Source: an uncultured bacterium (lineage in GTDB: Bacteria; Patescibacteriota; Minisyncoccia; Phycocordibacterales; CAIRYW01). Taken from it: 64,000 bases of DNA. Both the position numbers and the translations under genes were made by a program. The notes below the pieces were generated by a model. That model ran no database searches and was not told the origin of the DNA. It saw only the letters and a list, made by a program, of their open reading frames with translations. Of this stretch, positions 38,722 through 48,724 are shown in pieces; position 1 is the stretch's first letter; each line of letters begins with the position of its first letter. The stretch spans positions 175,141-239,140 of the forward strand of contig CAVYBO010000002.1 of assembly GCA_963766885.1 (NCBI GenBank), in the 5' to 3' direction.

Positions 38722-41118
38722 TTATTTAGAAATAGTCTTTTTGCTTTTTTTTGATGTGATTGTAGCTGCTGTAGTAGATGATGCCGTCTCTGTTGGAGCC
38801 TGCTCGGACGCAACAATCGGTTCTCCGTTTTGCATTTTTTGGAGTAATGCCTTAGTGCTGTCGTTAGCTTGACCCGAAGCAATAACGACAGACATTTCAT
38901 TAATTGCATCTTCTTTGAAACCAAGATTGTAAAGGGCCAGCGCCAGATTTAACCTTGCTTGCATCTGATACGGATTATATTTAACTGACTGATACAAGAA
39001 GTTTGCTGCGTCTTGATAATCTGCATTCGAATATTCAATTAATCCAGCCTGATAAGTTAGATCTGCATTATAGGGATAAGAAGTTGCTGCCTGGATTATT
39101 AAATCCTCGGCGCCCTTGGTATCGTTTTGCTTGACTTTTATTTCTGCTTCAAGCATATATGCATCGTAGTAATCCGGTTTAAGAGAAAACACTTGATTCA
39201 GATAAATTTGTCCTTGACTAAGGTTATTTTGTTCCACTTCAACCCTAGCCATTAAAACCAGCGGCAGTGGATTTCGTGGCGCAAGCGCAGCGGCTTTTTT
39301 ATACCCATCAAAAGCGTTTGTATAGAAACTTGGAGCGCCAAATGACGCAAGAGATTCATACAAACCGCCGGATGATATATATGTCCTGAAGTTTTGGAAA
39401 TCGTATTTTTCAGAAAGATTTATCGCCGCTACCGTTTTATTTGCGTCGCTGATTAAAGCATTTGATGCTTCTGGAGACAATTGACCGCTGCCACTTGCGT
39501 TTGAAGATTTAAATATTTGATTGATATCATATATATATATACCAGCCAGAGTTCTATAGTAAGAACCCTCAGGATCAATTGCTATTGCTTTTAAAGTTTC
39601 ATTTGCCGCTTCCTGCGCATTATTTTTTAACAAAGCATCATTGGCAAAATAATATGCAACAGACTTTCTGACCATTACAATTCCCCAATAAGCGCACACC
39701 ACTATGAGCGCAATTCCAGCAATGCTTATAAACGCTTTTGGATAATTGCTAAAATCTTTTTTTGAAGCTTTTTTCTTATAAATTTCGTCAAGCAAAAACG
39801 CAGCACAAGCCGTGAAAGTAAAAAGCCCTAAAATAATAGGAGAACTGGGATTATAGAAAACCGCGGCAACAAGAAGATATAAAAGTGAGGATACAGATAT
39901 AAAAACTATTGCTCGATTTCTTCTATCTTTATAATTTTGTCTCAAAAGTTCAAAAGAAACATATAAAATCAGCCCCACAAAACCAAGCCATGCCAAAACA
40001 CCAAAAGCGCCTTCGGTTACAATTTCTGTCGGAATATAGCCGACGCCGCCATAAAAATCAGTATTCCAATAATTACTAGCGTTAATTGACTCTGGTTTAT
40101 ATAGATCCCAATCAAGATCAAAAGTTGCCGGTCCGGTTCCAAGAATTGGCTTTTGGAGCAAAACATTATCAGCAACAGTCATTGTGCTTTGCCATGAAAG
40201 ATTGGTTTCAGAAAAATACTCACTAAAATATGAACTGATCATTGAAGATATGTTTCCTCCAAAAAAGATCAAAGCAACGGAAACAATCAAAAAAGAAATT
40301 AATATCCAGTGCTTCTGCTTGGTTTGATTTGGAATAACGTCTTCCGAATAAGTTTTTCTCTCCGAGGCATATAAAACATAAAGTAAAACCAAAAAAATAA
40401 AGGCGATAAAGCTAACAAGCGGTATGGCAAAAAAATAAAGATTCAGCTTGAAATTCACAAAAACAACCACCACCAAGGAAATCAAAGCGAAGACCGACAA
40501 TACCGCCTTAGCGGCTTTTTTCATGGAAAAGAGCTCAGCGCTTAAAACAAAAACAACCGTCAGTAATCCCGCCATCAAGCCCAGATCATTTAGGCTTCCC
40601 AATATTGATCCAGAATTAATACCCCAAATTCCGGATAGATTATAGAAGTCCTTTATCGTAAACCTCAAGATGTCAAATATGACAGCCAAAAAAGAAGAAA
40701 GGAGAAAAACAAACATTAAGGAAAGGACATCTTTTTTCTTTTTTAAAACTCCGTTTATTAGAATTAAATATAAGACAGAAACAATTAAAAGAAAATTTGT
40801 AGAATAGACGCCGAAGTTTGTTCCGAAAAAGGATTTCAAGGGATCTATGCTAAAAATTGAAGAGGCAATAAGAACTAAGTCTAAAATAATGACTGGCACA
40901 CTCAAGAGAGGACGGATGGTGATTTTGTGATGCCTTAATTTGTCTAACAAAAATAAAATTGCAGAAGCAATAACTCCAAGCGATAAAAACGCTATCTTTG
41001 CATAAGAAGTATCAATGATGCCTTTTGGGAAAAAAGCTAAAGGCACCAAGAAGACAAATATACTGGCAACGATCAATGCGCAAGTTTCCAGAAAGTGGTC
41101 TTGAATTTTCATGTTCAT
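38722..41118 (-). CDS. O-antigen ligase/polymerase-like polytopic membrane protein with C-terminal TPR repeats
   Basis: About 12 TM helices including a Wzy_C-like loop, followed by several TPR-like repeats (…YNPYQMQARLNLALALYNLGFKEDAINEM…). Confidence 0.55.
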   Translation of the reverse strand: MNMKIQDHFLETCALIVASIFVFLVPLAFFPKGIIDTSYAKIAFLSLGVIASAILFLLDKLRHHKITIRPLLSVPVIILDLVLIASSIFSIDPLKSFFGTNFGVYSTNFLLIVSVLYLILINGVLKKKKDVLSLMFVFLLSSFLAVIFDILRFTIKDFYNLSGIWGINSGSILGSLNDLGLMAGLLTVVFVLSAELFSMKKAAKAVLSVFALISLVVVVFVNFKLNLYFFAIPLVSFIAFIFLVLLYVLYASERKTYSEDVIPNQTKQKHWILISFLIVSVALIFFGGNISSMISSYFSEYFSETNLSWQSTMTVADNVLLQKPILGTGPATFDLDWDLYKPESINASNYWNTDFYGGVGYIPTEIVTEGAFGVLAWLGFVGLILYVSFELLRQNYKDRRNRAIVFISVSSLLYLLVAAVFYNPSSPIILGLFTFTACAAFLLDEIYKKKASKKDFSNYPKAFISIAGIALIVVCAYWGIVMVRKSVAYYFANDALLKNNAQEAANETLKAIAIDPEGSYYRTLAGIYIYDINQIFKSSNASGSGQLSPEASNALISDANKTVAAINLSEKYDFQNFRTYISSGGLYESLASFGAPSFYTNAFDGYKKAAALAPRNPLPLVLMARVEVEQNNLSQGQIYLNQVFSLKPDYYDAYMLEAEIKVKQNDTKGAEDLIIQAATSYPYNADLTYQAGLIEYSNADYQDAANFLYQSVKYNPYQMQARLNLALALYNLGFKEDAINEMSVVIASGQANDSTKALLQKMQNGEPIVASEQAPTETASSTTAATITSKKSKKTISK

Positions 41119-41147
41119 ATCTTATTGTTTCTAAAATTATACCTCAT

Positions 41148-41177
41148 ATTAAAATCAGGATGCAAATGCATCCTGAT
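41148..41177 (-). terminator. rho-independent terminator immediately downstream of rnpB
   Basis: Perfect 11-bp stem atcaggatgca/tgcatcctgat followed by TTTTAAT on the minus strand. A TATAAT for the downstream membrane-protein gene follows. Confidence 0.65.
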
Positions 41178-41180
41178 AAA

Positions 41181-41530
41181 CATTCGCGCCTATAAGCCGA
41201 ATTCTGTCATCAACAGCCATTAATCTGCCCAATTTGTTGCCAAAATGGATCAAGCGGTTCTCTGAACTCTTTGGCCATGGGACAAATAGTTCAGCTCGAC
41301 TTTGCACACAAGTAAGGATTTAGCCGTTTCATTTTCTGCATTGCTGCAGAACTCATCCAATCTTTCGAATGGATGGTTTTGTCTTTTCAAACAAAACCGT
41401 CTCTGTTCGCACCTCGTGATCGCTGCTTAACGATCAGACGGGAATTACCCGCTACCCTTTTTGTATTTAAACAAACGTGTGTTCGGACTTTCCTCCCTTC
41501 GCTTACGCGAAGAGTAGCTGTTCGGCACTT
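41181..41530 (-). ncRNA. rnpB: RNase P RNA (bacterial type), ~350 nt
   Basis: Minus strand contains the universally conserved P4 strands GGGAGGAAAGTCCGAACAC (near the 5' end) and ACAGAATTCGGCTTATAG (near the 3' end). The region is G+C-richer than its surroundings and has no credible ORF. Confidence 0.8.
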
Positions 41531-41536
41531 CAAAAA

Positions 41537-42016
41537 TTATAACACAGATTTTATACTGCCGCACGACAAAGTGTACCCTTCAAAAATATTTTTGGCAGCG
41601 TTAAGCGGAAGCTCAATTGCATACTCTGCCGGATAATCTGGATAGAAAATTTTTGGATAAGATTGCGGGGTCATAGAAGTTTTGCCGACAACCATGCAGG
41701 ATTGATCCAGCCAAATAATATCAATTGGAAAACTCATATCTGGCATCCAAAATCCGTAGGTGCCCGGCTTATCAAAAACAAAAAGCATTCCTGTGTCTGG
41801 CGCAAGCGATGATCTGCCGCTAAGGCCTTTTTCCTTCTCTGCATCAGTCAAAGCCACATCAAGAAAATAAACTTGGCCGCCTATACTTTCTGAAATTTTA
41901 GATGCATCAGATCTGGTTTGACCTTTCTCAGCATAAAAAATAAAAAGCCAAAGAAAAACTAAAATTGTCAAAAATAGAAACAAAACTTTTATTGCGATAT
42001 TTGTTGTGCGTATCAT
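41537..42016 (-). CDS. DUF192 domain protein
   Basis: …GLSGRSSLAPDTGMLFVF…FWMPDMSFPIDIIWLD… typical of DUF192 (COG1430); N-terminal TM. Confidence 0.65.
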   Translation of the reverse strand: MIRTTNIAIKVLFLFLTILVFLWLFIFYAEKGQTRSDASKISESIGGQVYFLDVALTDAEKEKGLSGRSSLAPDTGMLFVFDKPGTYGFWMPDMSFPIDIIWLDQSCMVVGKTSMTPQSYPKIFYPDYPAEYAIELPLNAAKNIFEGYTLSCGSIKSVL

Positions 42017-42822
42017 TTGAAATGGACTTTTTTGACTTTTATTTTTGATCCAAAAAACCTGCTTCCTAAAATTTTGAATCTGTCTGTAATGTCCGTCGAA
42101 TAGAAAATCCTCTGCTTCTTCTTTGAAAGTTTTTTTTCAATCTCATGATGGCGCTTTAAATAATCTTGAAGCTTTCCTCCTATTATATCCTCTTCAGAAA
42201 TTATTTGAACACTTTTTGGAATATGCTTTTTGATTTTTGATTTCAAAATCCCATAATGAGTGCAGCCCAATATAAGCGTATCGATTTTATTTTTATAAAC
42301 AAAAGGCAGGTATTTTTTTACAATATCATCGGCAATTATGGACTTCTCTTCTCCCGCTTCAACAATTGGCACAAAAAGCGGTGCAGATTTTTGAAAGATT
42401 TTAATTTTGGGATCGAGTTTCAAAATCTCGCGTTTAAAAGATTCTGAAGAAACAGTGGCTTCTGTTGCGAGAATGCCAATTCTTTTGTTTTTAGTTTTAT
42501 TCGCTGCAACTTCACTTGCCGGAATTAGCACCCCAAGAACTTTCCTTTCTGGATATTTTTTAGGTAAATACTCCATCTGGATTTTGCGAAGCGCATCGCT
42601 TGAAGCGGTATTGCAAGCCAAAATAATTATTTGGCAGTTTTGCTTGAAAAGAAATTCAACCGATTGCTTGGTAAATTCAAAAATAGTTTCAGGCGATCTT
42701 GTGCCGTAAGGATTGCGAGCAGAATCCCCAAGATAAATGTAATCGTACTGCGGAAGAGTTTTAACAATTCCCTTCAAAATATTAATACCGCCAAAACCAG
42801 AATCAAAAACACCTATTTTCAT
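42013..42822 (-). CDS. murI: glutamate racemase
   Basis: IGVFDSGFGGI and ILACNTAS catalytic-Cys motifs. Confidence 0.85.
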   Translation of the reverse strand: MKIGVFDSGFGGINILKGIVKTLPQYDYIYLGDSARNPYGTRSPETIFEFTKQSVEFLFKQNCQIIILACNTASSDALRKIQMEYLPKKYPERKVLGVLIPASEVAANKTKNKRIGILATEATVSSESFKREILKLDPKIKIFQKSAPLFVPIVEAGEEKSIIADDIVKKYLPFVYKNKIDTLILGCTHYGILKSKIKKHIPKSVQIISEEDIIGGKLQDYLKRHHEIEKKLSKKKQRIFYSTDITDRFKILGSRFFGSKIKVKKVHFK

Positions 42823-42827
42823 AGCCT

Positions 42828-43151
42828 CTATTGCTTTATTTCTTTGACCAATTCTATCAATTCGTCCCTTTCTGCTTTAGTTGCATCACTTCCTCCGCTT
42901 TCTAATCTTTCTCTTATTTCGTCTGCTTTTTGTTTAATTTTATCAAAAGCACCCGCACCCATAGCAGCAGACTGGCACGCAAACCATATTAGGCCAAATT
43001 TATTGTTGAAACTGTCAATCCAATTTTTTCTTTTACCGGAATTTAAATCTTCTGTTATTTCTTGTTCGAGACCATCGATACCAACAATCGCAGCTTCAGG
43101 ATATCTCTGTTCGCGTATTAAATCTAAAAAACTTTTCTTAGCAGATTCCAT
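42828..43151 (-). CDS. hypothetical protein
   Basis: ORF only. Confidence 0.35.
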   Translation of the reverse strand: MESAKKSFLDLIREQRYPEAAIVGIDGLEQEITEDLNSGKRKNWIDSFNNKFGLIWFACQSAAMGAGAFDKIKQKADEIRERLESGGSDATKAERDELIELVKEIKQ

Positions 43152-43159
43152 AAAATTAA

Positions 43160-43774
43160 TTATTGAATTACATCTGCTAAGAAGTTAAATAAACGAAGTG
43201 TCAGATGTCGTCGGAAAGAATGTTTTTTCAGTTTCTGAAGAAATACAGCCCGTTCTGCATCATCTTTAAATCCCCTATTTCTTATGACATTAAATCCATT
43301 GACTTTTACTCCGCAAAAAACAAGGATTCCAGCCACCCACACAGTAAAATACGGCACCGCCAAAAAAAGATAAAGCATTTTGGGAGCGTCGCAAGTTACA
43401 TAAATTCGGGCAGTTTTGCCTTTGAGCATCCCCATTCTTTTGCCGTCAACATATTTGTAAGCAAATTTGGCGCTTATGTTATTGTCTACAAAATTCTTCA
43501 TTATTGCTGGCATAGAAAGCCACCAGACAGGATGCACAAAAACAAGCTCGTCCGCTTGCATGATCTTTTTTTGCAATTCATCCCTATGCGGGTCAATAGG
43601 AATTTGGTGTATATCCTCAAACCGCAAAAAATCTTGGGTAAGGTTGGTTGTGTAAAGATTTAAAATTTCAACATCAATTCCTTTTTCTTTGCGCGCTTCA
43701 GCGACAATATTAGCAATTCCATGAGTAAATCCTTTGGAGCTTGGATGAGCGGTTATTATGAGTGTTTTTGACAT
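43160..43774 (-). CDS. flavodoxin-like fold NAD(P)H-dependent oxidoreductase
   Basis: LIITAHPSSKGFTHG…FVHPVWWLSMPAIMKNFVDN pattern typical of NQO/MdaB/YwrO-type FMN reductases. Confidence 0.6.
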   Translation of the reverse strand: MSKTLIITAHPSSKGFTHGIANIVAEARKEKGIDVEILNLYTTNLTQDFLRFEDIHQIPIDPHRDELQKKIMQADELVFVHPVWWLSMPAIMKNFVDNNISAKFAYKYVDGKRMGMLKGKTARIYVTCDAPKMLYLFLAVPYFTVWVAGILVFCGVKVNGFNVIRNRGFKDDAERAVFLQKLKKHSFRRHLTLRLFNFLADVIQ

Positions 43775-43807
43775 TATGGATCAATTCTAACATTTTTTTG
43801 CAAAAAT

Positions 43808-44926
43808 TTAAAAGTTAACTGTCTTTGGAGTTCCAAGTCCTGTGATGTAATCATAATGCTTACGCGCATCGCAATAATATGTGCAATCTCCGTTTGAACC
43901 GCTAGTGATGTCAGTAAAAAATTCAGAATAATTAATTGAGGCTTTGTCTGAATAAAAATTTTTATTTCCCGCGCCTTTGCCCAAATCCGCAATTGCGGCC
44001 CATTGAGGCGCGCCAGCAGACGTGCCGCCGACTTTATACCACTTGCCTTTGCTTATGATTGAAAAGCCAGACGCTGGATCTGCATCGTAGGAAACGTCGG
44101 GAATTGCGCGCATTCCGGAAGACTTTGGAATGCTGTAAGCAATCTGGAATTCAGGCTCTTTTTCATAAGCGCTCACACCTCCGCCGCTTCCGGCCCATGC
44201 TGTTTGCTTTAGTACATTGCCTTTTAAGTCCAAAGCAACTGACGTGCCGCCAACACCCACAACATTTACTGATGCGGCTGGCCAGCTCGCCCCCGCTCCG
44301 TTGTCGCCTGAAGAGGCAAAGAAGACTGCTCCAGATTTGGAAACAAAATGACTGTCGAGAGAGGTCTCTTCAGGAAACTCTCCTCCGCCCCAGCTCATTG
44401 AAATTGCCACAACATCGCTCCTGCCAGCTGCATAATCCACAGCTTTAAGAAGATTTGATCCGCTCTGAGTTGTAGCTTCCACCAAAAGAATTTTGGCATT
44501 CGGCGCAATGGCATGAGCCCATTCCACATCAAGCGAAGTTTCCATCGCCCAGCCGCTGTTTGAACTAATTGTTGAACTCATTTTGTATTTTTCAAAGCAT
44601 CCGTTTGAAGTGGTGCAGCTAGGCAAACCGAACTGCAAATTAAAAGCATTTAAATCATTTTCAATAGATGCATCATCGTATGCGCCGATAAGCGCGATTG
44701 TTCCGCGACCGCCGGTTTGAGGAAGATTATAAATTTTTTTGACCTGATTAGGTGTTAATCCTGTTGGAGACTTCGTAGAAGATCTGTAAATATGAATTGG
44801 CGGCCTGCCTTTATAATTTGAGAAATGATAACTGGCTTCAGCTTTTTGTGTTTGAAATAAAAATACGGTTATTGATAAACTTACAACCACAAAAGTGAAG
44901 AAAATAGATTCCGATCTTTTTTTCAT
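43808..44926 (-). CDS. secreted S8/S53-family serine peptidase (sedolisin-like)
   Basis: Signal peptide; SSGDNGAG and GGTSAGAPQWAAIADL catalytic-Ser region. Confidence 0.55.
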   Translation of the reverse strand: MKKRSESIFFTFVVVSLSITVFLFQTQKAEASYHFSNYKGRPPIHIYRSSTKSPTGLTPNQVKKIYNLPQTGGRGTIALIGAYDDASIENDLNAFNLQFGLPSCTTSNGCFEKYKMSSTISSNSGWAMETSLDVEWAHAIAPNAKILLVEATTQSGSNLLKAVDYAAGRSDVVAISMSWGGGEFPEETSLDSHFVSKSGAVFFASSGDNGAGASWPAASVNVVGVGGTSVALDLKGNVLKQTAWAGSGGGVSAYEKEPEFQIAYSIPKSSGMRAIPDVSYDADPASGFSIISKGKWYKVGGTSAGAPQWAAIADLGKGAGNKNFYSDKASINYSEFFTDITSGSNGDCTYYCDARKHYDYITGLGTPKTVNF

Positions 44927-44977
44927 GCAATTATTTTATCATCATTTAAAAAATTGCAAAGCTCCGGCCCAATTCTT

Positions 44978-45556
44978 CTAGACTTTGCCTTTTGTGTGAT
45001 GACGGCGAAAAAAATAAAGAAGAATCAGGAGAACGTATCCTGTAAGCGACATCATCGGAATAGTAATGTATCCAAAATTAACAAAAAAAATCTGTGCGCA
45101 TGACGGGCCAACTGCCGCGCAGCCTCCCAAAATATCCGGATTAAACATCTGCCCGTAATAGTTAAATAAAGCAATCGCTCCTCCGATAATGGAAAATATA
45201 AGGCTGTATAGAAAAACAAAATCATCCTGCACTTTATTCACTTTTTCATTATAAAGAGCGACAGCAAACAAAATGGCTTGAGGATACCAAAATATTCTTT
45301 GCCACCAGCAAAGCTCGCACGGCGGAAAACCAATAATGTTTGAATAAATCAAGCTTGATACAACAGAAACAAGACTGATCAAAAATCCGATCCAGAGTGC
45401 GTGATCAGAAGCTTTTCTGGAAAGTTTATGCAGACTTTGATTTGGATGCTCAAGGATTACCGCTGTCAAAATCACTGCACCAATTAAAATAAATATTTGC
45501 AGAACCAGTGTTCCGATAGATAAAAGCTCGCTTAAGTTGGTTGCAAAAGGCGTCAT
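44978..45556 (-). CDS. DsbB/BdbC-like membrane disulfide oxidoreductase
   Basis: 4-TM protein with PPCELCWWQRIFWYP (CxxC at the membrane edge). Start moved to an internal Met. Confidence 0.55.
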   Translation of the reverse strand: MTPFATNLSELLSIGTLVLQIFILIGAVILTAVILEHPNQSLHKLSRKASDHALWIGFLISLVSVVSSLIYSNIIGFPPCELCWWQRIFWYPQAILFAVALYNEKVNKVQDDFVFLYSLIFSIIGGAIALFNYYGQMFNPDILGGCAAVGPSCAQIFFVNFGYITIPMMSLTGYVLLILLYFFRRHHTKGKV

Positions 45557-45596
45557 GAAAATATAATAACATTTTTTAGGACTTGAGCTAGCTGTC

Positions 45597-46715
45597 AATG
45601 GCGGTGTGTCGGAGTTAAGTACCTGTGAGTCCAATCCCTATAAGCATCTTCTGACATCTTTTTGGAAATTAATTTGAAGGATCAGAGTCTACATCAATAT
45701 TTTAAAAATGAGACAAATGAAACATTAATTATCAGTGTGAGAAAAACGCCTCCGTATAAATTTTTTCTTCAGAGATTTTAAAAGATCGCAAATCACGCCA
45801 AATATCTCGAGTAAAAGATATAGAGCCGCAAATCAGAAATTCAGTATCTGAATCAATCGGAATACTTTCAATAATTTTTTGTCCGGTAATTCTACCTTCA
45901 AAAATTTTCTCTGAAACCTTTTCTCTTGTTATAAAATAATTCACCTTAAAATTTTTATACTGATTTTGAAGTTCATCAAAAGTTTTTCTAAAAATTATAT
46001 CCTGAAGCGTTTTGTTGCTATAAAAAAGAGTCATTTTTCTTAATGGGTTATTCAAAAGAGCTGAAATAATCATGCTCCTGAAAGGAGCGATACCAATGCC
46101 GGCAGCAACCATAACCAAATGGCTTTTTTCAGATTCGCTGTAGAAAAATCCATATGGCAAAGAAGCTATGATTCTATCTCCTGTTTTTTTCGCTACAAGA
46201 CTATTTGAAAACTCACCAATAGCTTTGACTGTAATACTAATTAATCTTTCCTTTGGAGAGCTGGATATGCTGTATGCTTTGCCCTCTGGCGTGTTGGTCT
46301 CAGGAAAATAGACAGTTATGAATTGCCCAGGAACATAGTGCGGGCAAACTTTATTCCAATTAATAAGTCTTAACGTGGAAACCCCCTTTGCTTCCATTAT
46401 ATTGCTTTGCACCATGTATGTTTCTTTAATTTCTCTTTTCATCGCTGTTTTCGTAATCTTCAATTGCTTCTCGTAAAGCCTCATGCCCCAAGACCGAGCA
46501 GTGATATTTCCTGTCTGGAAGGCCACCAAGGCGATCAATTATTGATTCCGGGGTCAGCCGCTTTGCCCGATCAACAGTCATGCCACTGTTTTCAGTTGCC
46601 ATAACTGACATCATTGATGTCGAAGCGATTGCTGAGGCACAACCAAATGTTCGCCATTTGCATTCGCTGATTTTTTTTGTTTTCTTATCTACTCTAATCC
46701 AAACAATCATCATGT
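45597..46715. repeat. ~1.1 kb segmental duplication, copy 1 (FNR-like gene plus 3' part of iscU); near-identical to 56293..57418
   Basis: Identical 268-aa ORFs and identical flanking nucleotide sequence; I saw one mismatch (gaaggatcag vs gaagggtcag). Confidence 0.85.
45732..46538 (-). CDS. FNR-like FAD/NAD(P)-binding oxidoreductase (PyrK-like, no Fe-S Cys cluster), copy 1
   Basis: GKAYSISSSP (RxYS-type FAD site) and VMVAAGIGIAPFRSM (GxGxxP NAD site). Confidence 0.6.
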   Translation of the reverse strand: MIALVAFQTGNITARSWGMRLYEKQLKITKTAMKREIKETYMVQSNIMEAKGVSTLRLINWNKVCPHYVPGQFITVYFPETNTPEGKAYSISSSPKERLISITVKAIGEFSNSLVAKKTGDRIIASLPYGFFYSESEKSHLVMVAAGIGIAPFRSMIISALLNNPLRKMTLFYSNKTLQDIIFRKTFDELQNQYKNFKVNYFITREKVSEKIFEGRITGQKIIESIPIDSDTEFLICGSISFTRDIWRDLRSFKISEEKIYTEAFFSH

Positions 46716-46866
46716 CTCCGCAAGCCGGACTACCGACAATACCAACGCCATCTGCTTGATAATCTGCTTCGTTGATTAAAATATTCCGAGGATTGAAAAA
46801 GTGATCCTTGACCACATCGCTATATAGCCAATCTTCCACATCACATGTCAGATTTTTTATTTTCAT
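46426..46866 (-). CDS. iscU: Fe-S cluster assembly scaffold IscU/NifU-like
   Basis: GSPACGDMM, TFGCASAIASTS, KYHCSVL conserved Cys motifs. True start may be an internal Met. Confidence 0.85.
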   Translation of the reverse strand: MKIKNLTCDVEDWLYSDVVKDHFFNPRNILINEADYQADGVGIVGSPACGDMMIVWIRVDKKTKKISECKWRTFGCASAIASTSMMSVMATENSGMTVDRAKRLTPESIIDRLGGLPDRKYHCSVLGHEALREAIEDYENSDEKRN

Positions 46867-48062
46867 ATTTTTACTGTTAATGCTGATAATTTTCTTAATC
46901 TTTTTACAACACCCGTCAAAACATTCATCACCGAATCAATTTCTTCTCGAGTGCTATATTTACCCAATGAAAATCTCAAACTGCCGTGACAGAGATTTGT
47001 ATCTTGGCCTATAGCAAGCAGAACATGCGAAGGCTTGAGATCATAGGTAGAGCAAGCTGAACCGGTCGATGCTTCAATTCCGAATTTATCAAGCATCAGA
47101 AGAATTGACTCGCCTTCAATGTCTGGAATGGAAATATGAACATTATTAGGCAGCCTTATTTGATGATGTCCGTTTAAGCAAGCGCCAGGAATTTCATTTA
47201 GAAGTCTTTCAATAAAATAATCACGGAGGGCTGTAAGCCTCTCTGATTCTTTTTCTCTGGCATTATCAACTTTTTTGAGTGCCTCGCTAAATCCAACGAT
47301 GAGAGGAACACTCTCAGTGCCCGCCCGAAGATGCATTTCTTGTTCGCCTCCCCAAATTATTGGCTCTATTTTCATACTTGTCCTTTTATAAAGAATACCT
47401 ACCGCTTTGGGGCCATATATTTTTGATCCATTAACAGTCATGAGATCAACACCCGAATCTTCCACATCTAAAGAAAGAAACCCTGTCGCTTGGCAAGCAT
47501 CTGTATGAATAAGTGGTAAACCCCCATTTCGCCTTATTTTTCTTATGGCGCCGGATAACTCCTTTATCGGCTGAATAGTGCCAATCTCATTATTGGCATA
47601 CATAACAGAAATAAGAATAGTAGAGTCATCAACAAGCTTTATACATTCTTTAACATCAATTCTGCCGTCTTTTGCTACAGGTAACAGGCTCACTCTAAAT
47701 CCCTCCTTTTCAAGTTCTCTGGCAGGCTCAAGAACCGCCTTATGTTCTATACTCGAAATAATAATGTGATTTCCATAGGCACGATTTGCTCTGGCTACTC
47801 CAAGAATAGCCAGATTATCGGATTCAGTTCCGGAACCCGTAAAAATAATTTCTCCAGGCAAACAATTTAAAATTTTTGCTACCTCAAACCTCGCTTTTCT
47901 TATGGCCTGTCCTGCCAGTCGGCCGCTTCTGTGCATTGAAGACGGGTTTCCATATTTGGAATCAAAATATGGAAGCATTTTTTGTAGAATTTCTGGATCA
48001 GTCGGAGTAGTAGCGGCATAATCCATATATATTCTTTTATCTGATTCCGCAGTATTGTACAT
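46863..48062 (-). CDS. iscS: cysteine desulfurase
   Basis: Class V aminotransferase fold; SIEHKAV PLP-Lys region and SGSACS active-site Cys loop. Confidence 0.9.
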   Translation of the reverse strand: MYNTAESDKRIYMDYAATTPTDPEILQKMLPYFDSKYGNPSSMHRSGRLAGQAIRKARFEVAKILNCLPGEIIFTGSGTESDNLAILGVARANRAYGNHIIISSIEHKAVLEPARELEKEGFRVSLLPVAKDGRIDVKECIKLVDDSTILISVMYANNEIGTIQPIKELSGAIRKIRRNGGLPLIHTDACQATGFLSLDVEDSGVDLMTVNGSKIYGPKAVGILYKRTSMKIEPIIWGGEQEMHLRAGTESVPLIVGFSEALKKVDNAREKESERLTALRDYFIERLLNEIPGACLNGHHQIRLPNNVHISIPDIEGESILLMLDKFGIEASTGSACSTYDLKPSHVLLAIGQDTNLCHGSLRFSLGKYSTREEIDSVMNVLTGVVKRLRKLSALTVKI

Positions 48063-48723
48063 GTTTTTTTAATGAACGCTGAAAAATTTTAAATTCTTCA
48101 TCACTATAAGTTACTTTTCTTCGGAACTGAGGATTGAGAAGTTTTGTTGGGATAAATTTCTGAAGATAGTATTTTTTGGCACCATGAATTTGCCTGCCGA
48201 TTTCTTCTATATCTTTCTCAGAAAGAAGTGATTTAATTACAGTCGTCCTAAACTCATACTCAATTTTTGATGACATCAAAAGGTTGATACTTTTTTGTAT
48301 TGATTCCACATCAACGGGCCGCGCTACAGTTTGGCTGTATTTGGACATTGGCGATTTAATATCCATAGCAACATAATCAACAAGATTTTTATTGATGGCT
48401 TTTTTCAACATTTCAAAATTAGTTCCGTTTGAATCAAGCTTTACTAGAAATCCGAGATCTTTAACTTTTTTCATAAAATCCAAAAGATCATCATGAATAG
48501 TTGGCTCTCCTCCTGTTATTACAATCCCGTCAAGAATCTTTTTTCTTTTTTTGAGAAAATCAATTATTTCCTGTTCGGAAAATCTAATCTCTACTGTTTC
48601 ATCAACAAGCTCCGGATTGTGGCAATAAGGACATCTGAAATTGCAACCGATTGTATAAACCATGCAGGCGATTTTGCCGGGGTAATCAATAAGGGTAAAT
48701 TTTTCAAATCCTCCAAAAACCAT
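48037..48723 (-). CDS. nrdG: anaerobic ribonucleoside-triphosphate reductase activating protein (radical SAM)
   Basis: CNFRCPYCHNPE radical-SAM CxxxCxxC motif; immediately downstream of nrdD. Start set at an internal Met. Confidence 0.75.
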   Translation of the reverse strand: MVFGGFEKFTLIDYPGKIACMVYTIGCNFRCPYCHNPELVDETVEIRFSEQEIIDFLKKRKKILDGIVITGGEPTIHDDLLDFMKKVKDLGFLVKLDSNGTNFEMLKKAINKNLVDYVAMDIKSPMSKYSQTVARPVDVESIQKSINLLMSSKIEYEFRTTVIKSLLSEKDIEEIGRQIHGAKKYYLQKFIPTKLLNPQFRRKVTYSDEEFKIFQRSLKKHVQYCGIR

Positions 48724-48724
48724 T

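Noticed and set aside
41373-41636. 87-aa + strand ORF from the six-frame track
   Set aside because: It overlaps the minus-strand RNase P RNA, which contains both conserved P4 strands. The ORF has no start context or coding-like composition.
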